DNA of 64,000 nucleotides from Octopus bimaculoides (lineage: Eukaryota): positions 31,112,793 through 31,176,792 of the forward strand of contig NC_069005.1 in the NCBI RefSeq assembly GCF_001194135.2. The letters run 5' to 3'. This document shows positions 24,957-36,784 of this stretch, in pieces. The first letter of the stretch is position 1; each line of letters starts with the position of its first letter. The notes beneath the pieces were generated by a model, which did not search any database, was not told the origin of the DNA, and was given only the letters and a program-made list of their open reading frames with translations. The position numbers and the translations under genes are program-made.

Positions 24957-25122
24957 TGAACTGGCCGAATCCAACCTCTCACACCTGCCCTACAATGTCA
25001 CTCTAAAAATAAACAATGACATCATGCATTATTTCAAAGCTATGAGCTAATGCATGATTAATTAACGATTTTAATGAATAAGCGTTACATTTGACAGAGT
25101 AATTTGAATGCTGAAGGGTTAA
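24957..25122. mobile_element. 3' half of the TTAA MITE (family of 17388-17618)
   Basis: CCTCTCACACCTGCCCTACAATGTCACTCTAAAAATAAAC...TTTGAATGCTGAAGGGTTAA. Confidence 0.8.
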
Positions 25123-25254
25123 AGATAAGATTAATGACTGTCTGTAAAAAATTACAACCTAATTAACAACAACAACAACAACATATTCTCAGACATTTAC
25201 ACAATTATTTCAATGATTTTTTTTTTATGTATTTTTATTACTTTTACCTGGACT

Positions 25255-25390
25255 TCACCACCATCGTCATCACCACCACCACCAACATCGTCATCACCGC
25301 CACCACCACCATCGTCATCGTCACCACCATCGTCATCACTGCCACCACCACCATCGTCATCACTGCCACCACCACCATCGTCATCACTGC
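25255..25390. repeat. 24-bp minisatellite (CACCACCACCATCGTCATCACTGC)n running into a gap
   Basis: Units directly visible; a similar tract resumes after the gap at 26080-26200. Confidence 0.85.
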
Positions 25391-26799
25391 NNNNNNNNNN
25401 NNNNNNNNNNNNNNNNNNNNNNNNNNNNNNNNNNNNNNNNNNNNNNNNNNNNNNNNNNNNNNNNNNNNNNNNNNNNNNNNNNNNNNNNNNNNNNNNNNNN
25501 NNNNNNNNNNNNNNNNNNNNNNNNNNNNNNNNNNNNNNNNNNNNNNNNNNNNNNNNNNNNNNNNNNNNNNNNNNNNNNNNNNNNNNNNNNNNNNNNNNNN
25601 NNNNNNNNNNNNNNNNNNNNNNNNNNNNNNNNNNNNNNNNNNNNNNNNNNNNNNNNNNNNNNNNNNNNNNNNNNNNNNNNNNNNNNNNNNNNNNNNNNNN
25701 NNNNNNNNNNNNNNNNNNNNNNNNNNNNNNNNNNNNNNNNNNNNNNNNNNNNNNNNNNNNNNNNNNNNNNNNNNNNNNNNNNNNNNNNNNNNNNNNNNNN
25801 NNNNNNNNNNNNNNNNNNNNNNNNNNNNNNNNNNNNNNNNNNNNNNNNNNNNNNNNNNNNNNNNNNNNNNNNNNNNNNNNNNNNNNNNNNNNNNNNNNNN
25901 NNNNNNNNNNNNNNNNNNNNNNNNNNNNNNNNNNNNNNNNNNNNNNNNNNNNNNNNNNNNNNNNNNNNNNNNNNNNNNNNNNNNNNNNNNNNNNNNNNNN
26001 NNNNNNNNNNNNNNNNNNNNNNNNNNNNNNNNNNNNNNNNNNNNNNNNNNNNNNNNNNNNNNNNNNNNNNNNNNNNNNNAAGACACCATCTTTATCATAA
26101 TCATCACCGCCACCACCACCACCACCACCACCACTACCACCACCACCATCCCCATTTCCACCACAGCCAACATCATCAGCATCATAATAGCCCTCATCAT
26201 TCTTATCTAAATTGAATCAGGCAGTTTAGACAAAAGTCCTGCAGATAAACAGACCAAACTTACTCATTAGTCAAAGACTAATTAGTAACTCTCGTCTGTC
26301 TATCTCAAACACCCACCCTGCCCCCTCTCCGTCCATACCCTTCCCCATACCTGGGTCTGAGTAAATTGAACAACCTGACATTCGATAATCTCCTGGCCCC
26401 TCGCTTATGTGGAAAAATGTGTCGAACTATATAGAGAGGTCAGTCTCCGTTACCATGGTTACATAATTTCATTATCGTCAATTTACCTTGCTTGAATTTT
26501 TACCTGTTCGCTTGAGTATGAAAGCAAGTGTGTATGCAGTCATGTGACCTGCTTGAAATAGTAGCCAAGTTTCCTTCAAATTGTGATCTGTTTTAAATAA
26601 GAGGACACATTAAATGATTTCATTCCGTATACCTCCACAAAGTCAAGGTGGTCATAATGGAGTGCCTTTGAACATAGATAGGTCTGCTGGACATCAGGCT
26701 TGGCCTAGGGTTAAATGATGCTAACCACATCTCAGGTTGTCCTGCTACTAATTAACCTAGGTGCGAAAGTGGACAGTGGAGAGGTGGATGGCTTTGAAT

Positions 26800-27180
26800 A
26801 TTTCCATTGTCAAGCCAAGTGAAATTGTAGTCATGGCACAACTGGTACATAAGAAGCACCCTTTGACCATTGGGCCTCACGGAGGCTGTGACAAGTGACC
26901 AAAACCTTTGGCAAGACACTGCGTTTGAGAAGATCTGTCAAGCCAAGTGAGAATGTAGTTGTGGCCAATGCCAGTGTCATATAACTGGCCCTCGTGCCGG
27001 TGGCACGTAGAAAGCACTCGCTACACTCTTGGAGTGGTGGGCATTAGGAAGGTCTTGCAGTTGTAGAAACCATGCCAAATCAGACGGGAACCTTGTGCAG
27101 CTGACCAGCTTAACCAGTCTTCATTTCAACTGTCCAACTCATGCCAGCATGGAAAACGGATGCTAAATGACGATAATAAG
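26800..27180 (+). mobile_element. Long family C element with an internally duplicated 5' module
   Basis: GTCAAGCCAAGTGA.A.TGTAGT occurs at about 26808 and 26937, followed by GTGCCGGTGGCACGTAGAAAGCAC and the family C 3' body. Confidence 0.7.
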
Positions 27181-27194
27181 GAAGATGGGTTACT

Positions 27195-27420
27195 GAAGGT
27201 TAGGGTGGTGCACTCAACAGTCGCAAGATCACAGTTTCAATCCCCAGACAAGGTGGTGCATTGTATTCTTGAGCAAAACACTTCATTTCACGTCAATCCA
27301 GTCCACTCAGCTGTTAATGCGTGACCCAGCAACGACCTGGCGTCCTGTTCAAGGGCAGTGTTGTCACCTCGGTCACCTATGTGCCATGGTAACCGAATAA
27401 CCAGCCCTGTGAGATTTAGG
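27195..27420 (+). mobile_element. CORE-headed SINE with a V-domain-like tail
   Basis: TTGTATTCTTGAGCAAAACACTTCATTTCACG...CCAGTCCACTCAGCTG, then GACCTGGCGTCCTGTTCAAGGG. Confidence 0.6.
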
Positions 27421-27829
27421 ACTTGCGGTAATAATGTTCAATTGTTTGTTTGATGGTTGAGGCTTCTACTGTTGCTTCTGCAGCTCTTGGTGTTGGCTGT
27501 TTAGCCTCAGATCAACTGTGATTGAAGTACACATAGGATCACCAGAGGTGTCCCTTAAGGCTGTAATTCCTTTTTTTTGTCCATGGTTGTTGCACAAGGT
27601 CAGAAATTGACNNNNNNNNNNNNNNNNNNNNNNNNNNNNNNNNNNNNNNNNNNNNNNNNNNNNNNNNNNNNNNNNNNNNNNNNNNNNNNNNNNNNNNNNN
27701 NNNNNNNNNNNNNNNNNNNNNNNNNNNNNNNNNNNNNNNNNNNNNNNNNNNNNNNNNNNNNNNNNNNNNNNNNNNNNNNNNNNNNNNCATAATTGTAGAA
27801 CACGAAATATACTAGCAACAGTTTTTTTT

Positions 27830-28320
27830 TCTCTTCTTTATGTAGATATTGTTTGTATATATGTGTGTATAATGTGCATAGTTTTTGTGTGTGTATGTAT
27901 AATGTTTTCTATTGTTTATTTGTGTATGTATGTATGTGTGTGTGTGTACTGTTTCTTTGTGTTTATATTGCTTTTCTCTGTATATTGCATCTGTGTGTAT
28001 AATATTGTCTGTTGTGTGCTTGTATATTTGTTTTTGTGAGTGTATATTGTCTATTGTTTGCATGTGTGTATATTGTTTCTCTTTGTATATATATATTGTT
28101 TGTATGTTTACTGTTTCTCTACATATACTCTCTGTCTTTCCTCTCTGTGTATATTGCCTATTGTTTTTTTGTTGTTTATGTATATCTAGTTTCTCTGTGT
28201 GTTGTGCTAATGCCTTGAGTGAGTCTATGAGTGTGTGTATATATATATATATATAGATATAGATATATATATATATATAGTCTACATATGCTGCTGAGAG
28301 TGAGTGCATGCATTGTATCT
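27830..28320. repeat. T/G-skewed low-complexity tract with recurrent GTATATTG motif
   Basis: Directly visible. Confidence 0.8.
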
Positions 28321-28360
28321 CTTCTCTATATTCCTGTGTGCACACATACTATAATCACGT

Positions 28361-28409
<49 letters not shown>

Positions 28410-29146
28410 ATAGCTATGCTTTATTTCAACTAGATATAGATAAGAAGTTTGAATTAAATTATTTGTTGCTCGTCTTTTATACACTCCCCCCACCCCACCC
28501 ATGCACTTTGTTACTAAATAAATAGAAAACCAATAACTATAATCAGTGTTTTGTGTCTTTTTTTTTTTATTTATTTTTAGAGCTGACTAAATAAATAGAT
28601 ACATACTTTATGGTGTGTATATATGTATTTGTGTGTGTGTGTGTGCGTGTATATGTGTGATTATATATTTATGTGTGTATATATNNNNNNNNNNNNNNNN
28701 NNNNNNNNNNNNNNNNNNNNNNNNNNNNNNNNNNNNNNNNNNNNNNNNNNNNNNNNNNNNNNNNNNNNNNNNNNNNNNNNNNNNNNNNNNNNNNNNNNNN
28801 NNNNNNNNNNNNNNNNNNNNNNNNNNNNNNNNNNNNNNNNNNNNNNNNNNNNNNNNNNNNNNNNNNNNNNNNNNNNNNNNNNNNNNNNNNNNNNNNNNNN
28901 NNNNNNNNNNNNNNNNNNNNNNNNNNNNNNNNNNNNNNNNNNNNNNNNNNNNNNNNNNNNNNNNNNNNNNNNNNNNNNNNNNNNNNNNNNNNNNNNNNNN
29001 NNNNNNNNNNNNNNNNNNNNNNNNNNNNNNNNNNNNNNNNNNNNNNNNNNNNNNNNNNNNNNNNNNNNNNNNNNNNNNNNNNNNNNNNNNNNNNNNNNNN
29101 NNNNNNNNNNNNNNNNNNNNNNNNNNNNNNNNNNNNNNNNNNNNNN

Positions 29147-29224
<78 letters not shown>

Positions 29225-30165
29225 GATTAGTGTAGCAAGCATCTCATTTAAAGAATTGTTTATTAACAGTTGTTTCATAAAGATTAGAGCTTTGATGCTT
29301 TGTGGGGTTGTGAGGTGGGGGTATATAAATACACACACGCGCACACCCATGAGTGTGTGTGTGTGTGCACGCGCGAGTGTATTTTCCTCATATACACATG
29401 TACCCTTAATATAATCCTGAAGGAGATTCAGGGTGACATTGTGACAGGATAGATTTCAGTTACAAGCGTTTGTCTCTGCATATGTATATGTACATATACA
29501 CACACTCATGCACATATCGTTGCTATTATGTTAAACTGTCGTATGTCCAAATTTGGCCAAATGTGTGTTTTTCAATATTTATCTTTGCTTGCAATAGCCA
29601 GTTCTTTTGGTCAACTATCATATCTCCAGCTGCTTCAGATGCCAAGATGTCAAAAATTGTCAAAGTGTAGTACAACAGTTTTGCTATGGAATGGGGAAAC
29701 TATTCGTTTTCTGAAAAAGCAACGTTTTGGACTTACAATACTTTTTCATAATAACAACAATATAATGCATGAATGTATGTGGACATATACATATATACAC
29801 GCATACACATAGCACACCATATCTCTACATACATGTGTGTGTGCGTATACGTGTATGTATATGTATATGTGTGCATGCATGGCTGTGTGTGGTCAAGGGA
29901 TCGACTTCACAATGACATGGTTTCTGGTTCAGTTCCACTGCATGTCTTTTACACTATTCATGGATTGAGCAAAGCTTTGAGGGTGAATTTCTGTTAATGG
30001 AAACCAGAGACGAAGTCTACTGTGTGTGTGTGTGTACCTTTATGTACATACACACATACATGCACACACACACACTCAGACTCTCTCAAACATATACACA
30101 TACATGTATGTAATCTCATGTATACTTTTTGTAAGCTCTTGTGATTCTTCTTGATTTCTGTAATG

Positions 30166-30581
30166 TTGAACCCTTTAGCATTTAAATCAACCACATCTGG
30201 CCCGAATATTCTACCTATTTTTAAGTTCAAACTGACACCTACCTGCTCATATCTACCCTACAATGTCATTCTGAAAATAAGCAATCACACCATTGAAATC
30301 TCAAAACTGAGATAATTCATGATTAATCCAAAACAGTGTGAACCAATAAGCATGATATTTGACAGAGCCATCTGAATGCTAAACTGCCCCAAATGTTCTC
30401 TCTGTTTTTGTGTTCAAGCTGACCAGATTTGGCCTCTCACACCTACCCTACAATGTCATTTGAAAATCAACAATCTCACCATTGAAATCTCAAAACCATG
30501 AGAGAATGCATGATTGATTCAAGACTATGTGAATAAATAAGCATTATATTTGAGAGAGTAATCTGAGTGCTAAAGGGTTAA
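30166..30581. mobile_element. TTAA MITE with an internal tandem duplication of about 200 bp
   Basis: One left TIR (TTGAACCCTTTAGCATT), two copies of the CCTACCCTACAATGTCATT...CCATTGAAATCTCAAAAC body, one complete right TIR (GTGCTAAAGGGTTAA). Confidence 0.85.
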
Positions 30582-30589
30582 ATGTTTGC

Positions 30590-30689
<100 letters not shown>

Positions 30690-30784
30690 ACTGCCCTGCA
30701 TTAGTTCCCTACACACCCTTCTTCAGTTTTTCTGTAGAGAGAATGCTGAGATTCACAATCATAATGTTCTCTCTTTCTTTCTCA

Positions 30785-30831
<47 letters not shown>

Positions 30832-31359
30832 ATACATATATATATATATACACACATACATACATACACACATGCACACACACGTCTGTGTATGTGTGTG
30901 TACACCTATCTATCAATCAATCTGCCTCTCCTTGTTGTTTGTCTATTAATGTGTGTGTTGTGCATACCCTACACCTTACAACCCATCTCCTTGTAGTTAT
31001 TTATGGATCTATGTATTCATGTATGTGTTTGTTTATGGTTGTATGTATCTGTGTACATACGCATGTATGTGTGCTTATTTCCAAATGGTGCTGTTGACCT
31101 GATGGTGGTTTGGTGCAGTAGCTGGCAGCAGACAATGTACCCCACACCATGTGTCGGAGTAGCTTCTTTTTGTTTTTTCTTTTTTTCCCCCTTTTTTAAC
31201 TTATCTGAGGTGTGTAACAGAGATTGTTAACGAGAACATTTGGTGTAGTTTTAAGAAAGCAGTAGAGGGAAGGGAGTGAGGGGTGGTGGGCGANNNNNNN
31301 NNNNNNNNNNNNNNNNNNNNNNNNNNNNNNNNNNNNNNNNNNNNNNNNNNNNNCAGAGG

Positions 31360-31404
<45 letters not shown>

Positions 31405-31604
31405 ACAACATCTGCTTGAAATAATTGCAGTTTTGGTAAGAGTTGCATCACTAACACTTCTGATGGATTTTATAGGAGAGGAAACAGGTCTATCAACACA
31501 ACAGCAACATACATGTATATATATACTGAACTGTGTGTGTGTGTGTGTGTGTCTGTATATGTGTGTATATTACGTATATGTGTATATATTTGGACATGTA
31601 TACA

Positions 31605-31642
<38 letters not shown>

Positions 31643-32319
31643 ATGCATGTACATGTTTATATGAATTTGTATGTACATATATACAAATATATACATATGT
31701 ACATGTATGTATATATATATATTTACATATGTACAAATATATACATATATATACAAATGATTATAGATATGTATATGTGTATGTATATATATATATATAT
31801 ACACACGCGCACACATTTGCATACATAAATATATATATACCTTCACATACACATTTGCATACGCATGCTTTTTCTAATGCATACATATGTATGTACCTTC
31901 ACATGCACACATACACACAAATATACAATCCTTATTATATACAAATATTTAGATGTCAAGATGGCGGTAGTTTATGGAAGGGACTAAGACCTGGGATAAT
32001 ATTTACATTAATGAATCACATTGAGAGTGTCTGTTTGTCCCCGCAGATCCAAAACATATATACACAAACACCTAGCAACACGCACGCGTACATAGACCGA
32101 CATGCATGCACGTAAACATCCACAAACACACATGCGCACGTTATAGGCTATAAAATTTTATATGAAGTCTTAAAGCCATTTTACTGCTACGCGTTTTCTG
32201 TACTCCCTATTCTCCTCTCCACTCCCTTTTTTTTTGTTATTCTACCCTGATCTTTCCATCATTGTTCATTTCTGTTGAATATTCTAATAGTCTAAATAGC
32301 TCATCATGTATCTGGCTTC

Positions 32320-32475
32320 CTTTGTTGCTCGAGCAGTATTGACGTCATCGTTCCTGCCTTTCTGTCTGTCCGTGTGTCTGCCTGGTTTCCCTCTCCCCTT
32401 CGCTTCTCCGTACTATATCTGCGCGAAAAACATAGAATTTTTCAGCTTGGGCTTCTTCAGTTGTTTGTCGTGACT
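32320..32475 (+). promoter_or_regulatory. CpG-rich candidate promoter/5'UTR with CRE (TGACGTCA, 32340-32347), TATA-like CTATAT (32413) and Inr-like TCAGCT/TCAGTT
   Basis: About 9 CpGs in 160 bp against a CpG-poor background. CTATAT lies about 30 nt upstream of the TCA(32444)GCT initiator-like site; a perfect TCAGTT is at 32457-32462. Confidence 0.4.
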
Positions 32476-32496
32476 ATGGGTGCAGTTGCAGCCTCT
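32476..32496 (+). CDS. Candidate first coding segment MGAVAAS (possible N-myristoylation-type MG start), phase-0 intron
   Basis: ACTATGG Kozak context, followed by |GTAAGT at 32497-32502; the protein is not identifiable. Confidence 0.35.
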
Positions 32497-32597
32497 GTAA
32501 GTAAGAGGTTCAATTCAGAATCTGGGGGTTCTTTGGCAGCCCCCCCCCTAACCCAGATGTAACCCAGATGTTTGACTTATGAGCACGATGCCATCTT

Positions 32598-32813
32598 TTA
32601 CTTGTTTCAAGTCATTGGACTGCGGCCATGCTGGGGCACTTGAAGGGTTTTGGTTGAACAGATTGATTCCAGTGCTTATTTCTTAAGCCTGTTACTTGTT
32701 CTGTTGGTCTCTTTTGCCAAACCACAACATTACAGAGATGTAAACAAACCGAGACAGGTTGTTAGGTGATGGTTGGGGACAATCACAAACACAGCCGTGC
32801 GCGCGCACGCACA

Positions 32814-32854
<41 letters not shown>

Positions 32855-33018
32855 GCACACACACACACCAGGCTTCTTTTAGTTACCATCAAACCAAATC
32901 CACTCACAAGGCTTTGGTCTGCCCAGGGCTATGAAAGAAGACACTTGCCCGCGTTGTCTTGCAGGGGGACTGAACCTGGAACCATGTAGTTGGGAAGCAA
33001 ATTTCTTACCCCACAACC
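32598..33018 (-). mobile_element. SINE family B, near full length
   Basis: TCATTGGACTGCGGCCATGCTGGGGCAC tail through GGGACTGAACCTGGAACCATGTAG head. Confidence 0.85.
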
Positions 33019-33562
33019 ACGTCGTGGTTTCAATTCTTTGACCAGATTCCCAGTAAAACAATATTGAACAACACACATAGAAAAAGATTAAATACTACAT
33101 GTTGCAGCTTCATAGCCAAATGTGATCATGACTCTTTGTTAATGGTGTCCCACCCATAGCTGTTGTTTACTTTCGCTTTTAATTGAGATAGAAATTTAAG
33201 AGAAAACGATTTTGAGATGAAATGGGTATTTGATGAACCTGTTACTTCATCCTGTAAAGAGCAAGGCCCAGACTCTTTGCAGATGAGGAAATTCATCATC
33301 ATTGTTGTTTAATGTCCACTTTCCATGCTAGCATGGGTTGGACGGCTTGACATGTTTTGGCATGGTTTCTTCAGCTGGATGCCCTTTCTAATGCCAACCT
33401 CTTTGCAGAGTGTGCTGCATACCTTTTATGTGGCACCAGCTGCAGTGAGGTCACCAAGAAACTTCTCAGGACAAGAGCCCCCTCAATAGATGGTGAGGGG
33501 GCGGAGGCATAGTATTGAGAGACAGGAAAAGTGCTTTGCATTAGAAGAGGAACATGGCTACC

Positions 33563-33593
<31 letters not shown>

Positions 33594-33772
33594 TGTGATG
33601 GGGGAAAGGGGTATGGACCATACATCCAAATTACAGGGACGTGTATATTGCGAAGTGGACCATGGATTGGAGAGGGTGAGTGATCCAGGTGAATTCACAC
33701 GACTGCAAAAGGGGAGTGGAAGATGAAGGGTGGATGTCTACCTGTATGTATACACATATTTACCTGCATATT

Positions 33773-33835
<63 letters not shown>

Positions 33836-34687
33836 TTGTGTGTATGCATATATATGTATGTGTGTGTATTTATAATACACACACATATACATATATATAT
33901 ATAAAACACATCTATAAACACACACACACATATGCATATTAAGTTTATGTTGTAAATACTAACAGCCTATACACATGGATTGACAATATTTCTGCTGACT
34001 GTACGAAAGCTACTTTATATAATGCAAGCTTTGGAAATGTGTTGGCATTTGGAAATAAAATCTTTATGTTAAAAATAGAGACAGGAGCACACTGCTGCAG
34101 ACAGCAGAAGAAAGTGCAGTGATTAGAGTGGAACCAGGAGACGTACAATATGCATATGAATAATAAACCAGGTTTCTGTTAAGCTCGGAAAAGTGACTGG
34201 CAAAGACAATCTCTCTTAAGATTAACATACTACAGCAGGCTTAAGACCAGAATGGATGGAAGATGGAAACTGGTGAGAGTGAAAGAAAGGAGGGAGGGAG
34301 AAAAAAAGAGTCTTATGGATTGAATGTTCTAAAATAGAGACAGGCAGATTATATTAAAAGACAGAATGTAACTGAAGACATTTCGGTGATTTAGAAAGCA
34401 AATAATGATATAAATATTGAAAGTTTTCACGAAGGTGAAAGAATAGACCGCTTCAGTTTATGCCAATATGGAAGCTAAAAGTAGCATATTGTAGCTTGTG
34501 TTTCCTATTTATTATTTGATGATGTAATTCAGTGCTTGACCTGAGTTGGCATGGCCATGCTGTAGCTACTACATCATCCAGATGGAACCGGGTTGTCAGG
34601 TGAATTCGGTCAGGTTTTTCTTTTTGTTTGTTTGTTTGTTTGTTTGTTTTCTTTTCTACTCGGTACACCATCATCATAAAAGTCTGA

Positions 34688-35140
34688 TTCGAATTTCAAA
34701 AAATGATAAACAAAACCTGTAGAGGAAGAAGTGGACTACAGAAAAAGAAAAAAAGAAAGAACAATAAAATATATTTTGTGTTAATCCAAAGAACATTGGA
34801 AATAAACGAGTGAATTTAATCCAACAACCCAATGCATAGCGTATTTTTATTGATGTATGTATATGTATGCATACATATATATATGTATATATATATATAT
34901 GTATATATATATGTAGGTATATTTATTTATTGAGTTGTCAGGTAAATTCCTTCATTCTTCTGCTGTTGTTTTTTTTCTAAATGGCATTCCATTGTCATTT
35001 GTCTGAAAAGAGGTAAAATTTGTTCAGATTTCGAAAATGATAAAACAAAATTTGTAGAGGAAGAAGAGATCTACAAAAGCACCATGAAACACAATGATAA
35101 AAGTTTTTTTTTTTATGTTAATTCAAATAACATTGGGAAA
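34688..35140. repeat. Diverged direct repeat, about 115 bp (34688-34800 and 35023-35137)
   Basis: Shared ATTTC.AAAATGATAAA.CAAAA..TGTAGAGGAAGAAG....CTACA...TGTTAAT.CAAA.AACATTGG. Confidence 0.7.
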
Positions 35141-36495
35141 GGTTAAAATAAATCTTTTCTCTTTTACTTGTTTCAGTCATTGGACTGCGGCCATGCTGGG
35201 GCACCACCTCAAAAAGTTTTTAGTAGAACGAATCAACTCCAGTACTCTTTTTTTTTTTTTTTTTTAAGCCTGGTATTTATTCTATCAGTCTCTTTTGTCA
35301 AACTGCTAAGTTACAGGGACATAAGCAAACCAACACTGGTTGTCAAGCTGTGGTGGTGGATAAACACAGTCTGGTACTTATTTTATTGCTCTTTTGCTGA
35401 ACTGCTAAGTTACAGGGGAATAAACACAGACACTGACACAAACAAGTTTCCTTAAGTAGGATTTGAACCCAGAGTGCAGAGACTTCATACAAATACTGCG
35501 AAACACTCTAACAATTCTGCCAATAACATTGATGTTATAAGACAAAACATAATTATAGCCTTCGACTGACATGGGTTTTTCTTTCTAACTACCACATACA
35601 TGTACATATGTTGACTGTTTAATATAGTAATAAATAATAACGAATATACATTAGCTGTTTTATGAAGTAATCACTGCTAGACATGCTTTCTCCTACATGG
35701 CTCTCTAATTATCCTGCAAATGATGACTGAGATGAATTTAATCTGTTGCTATTTCCATAACTCAGCAGTAGCAAGTGTATGATTTAATAAAAATAGACAT
35801 ACAGACAGACACCCATATTCAGTGCTGCTGTGAAATTAGGTTGTGTCTTCAGATAGCAGGACTTTTGCAGTAACAGCTTGAAGTGGAGATCAAATCCATG
35901 CGGTTATCTCTTTCATTTTTCTTATTTGTTTCGGTCATTAACCTGCGGCCATGCTGCAGCACCGCCTTGAATTTTTAGTTGAATGAACTGACCCCGGCAC
36001 ATATTTATTTTGTTAAGCCTAGTACTTGTTCTGTTGATCTCTTTGTCAAACTGCTAAGTTACGGGAATGTAAACACACAAACACCGGTTGTCAAGACACA
36101 CACACACACACACATGTACACTCACATATGCAATTAGTTTCAGTTGAGCCCCGGTGTGGTGCCCCAAAATTGCTGGGTTTGCGCTGAAATTTGAAACCAA
36201 TATTTTAGGCTACATATCTATATAAAAAAAGTGAATCTTATACAAGAATGTAATGTATCTAGAGTTGTTTCCCCATACATGCAAATTAAGAAGAAAAAAT
36301 ATTGAATATTACTCATTGATGCAAAGCAGCAAGCTGGCAGAATCATTAGCATGCCAGGTCAAAGTAATAAGTACCAGTTGAATACTGGGGTTGATGTAAT
36401 TGACTCACTCCCTCCCCCAAATTGCTGGCCTTGTGCCAAAACTTGAAATCAATATTAATCATTGACTGATGTTTTGTTTTTTGTGATAACATAAG

Positions 36496-36690
36496 TTTGA
36501 TGTACTTTAACTGTATACTGTTAAATATGATCATTTACTTAATTGTATGATGTTTGATAAACTTTAATTGTATGATGTTTGATAGACTTTTACTGTGTAA
36601 TGATTGATAGATGTATAATGTTGCTTAGACTTTAACTGTGCTTCAATTGCATAATATTGGTTATACATTAACTGTATAACGTTTTAGTTA
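36496..36690. repeat. Degenerate 25-bp minisatellite (ACTTTAACTGTATGATGTTTGATAG), about 7 units
   Basis: Units start at about 36538, 36561, 36586, 36629 and 36665. Confidence 0.75.
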
Positions 36691-36739
36691 TTCAGTAAGA
36701 TATGAGCAATATAACTTTAAATATTTATGTATTCGGTGA

Positions 36740-36784
36740 CAAATGTGTTGTCATTTCTTTCTTCTTTGTCTTTTATAGGTAAGT
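36740..36784 (+). other. Candidate recursive splice site (ratchet point): polypyrimidine tract-TAG|GTAAGT
   Basis: GTCATTTCTTTCTTCTTTGTCTTTTATAG (AG at 36777-36778) directly abuts a perfect GTAAGT; 70-nt AG-free zone upstream. Confidence 0.6.

Noticed and set aside
24935-24975. CTGATGA...GAATC hammerhead-like string
   Set aside because: No GAAA, and the 3' half belongs to the adjacent TTAA MITE.
32446-32496. Alternative reading WASSVVCRDYGC as an SRCR-domain exon
   Set aside because: Too short, with only VVCR..GC matching; the promoter/first-exon reading fits more features.
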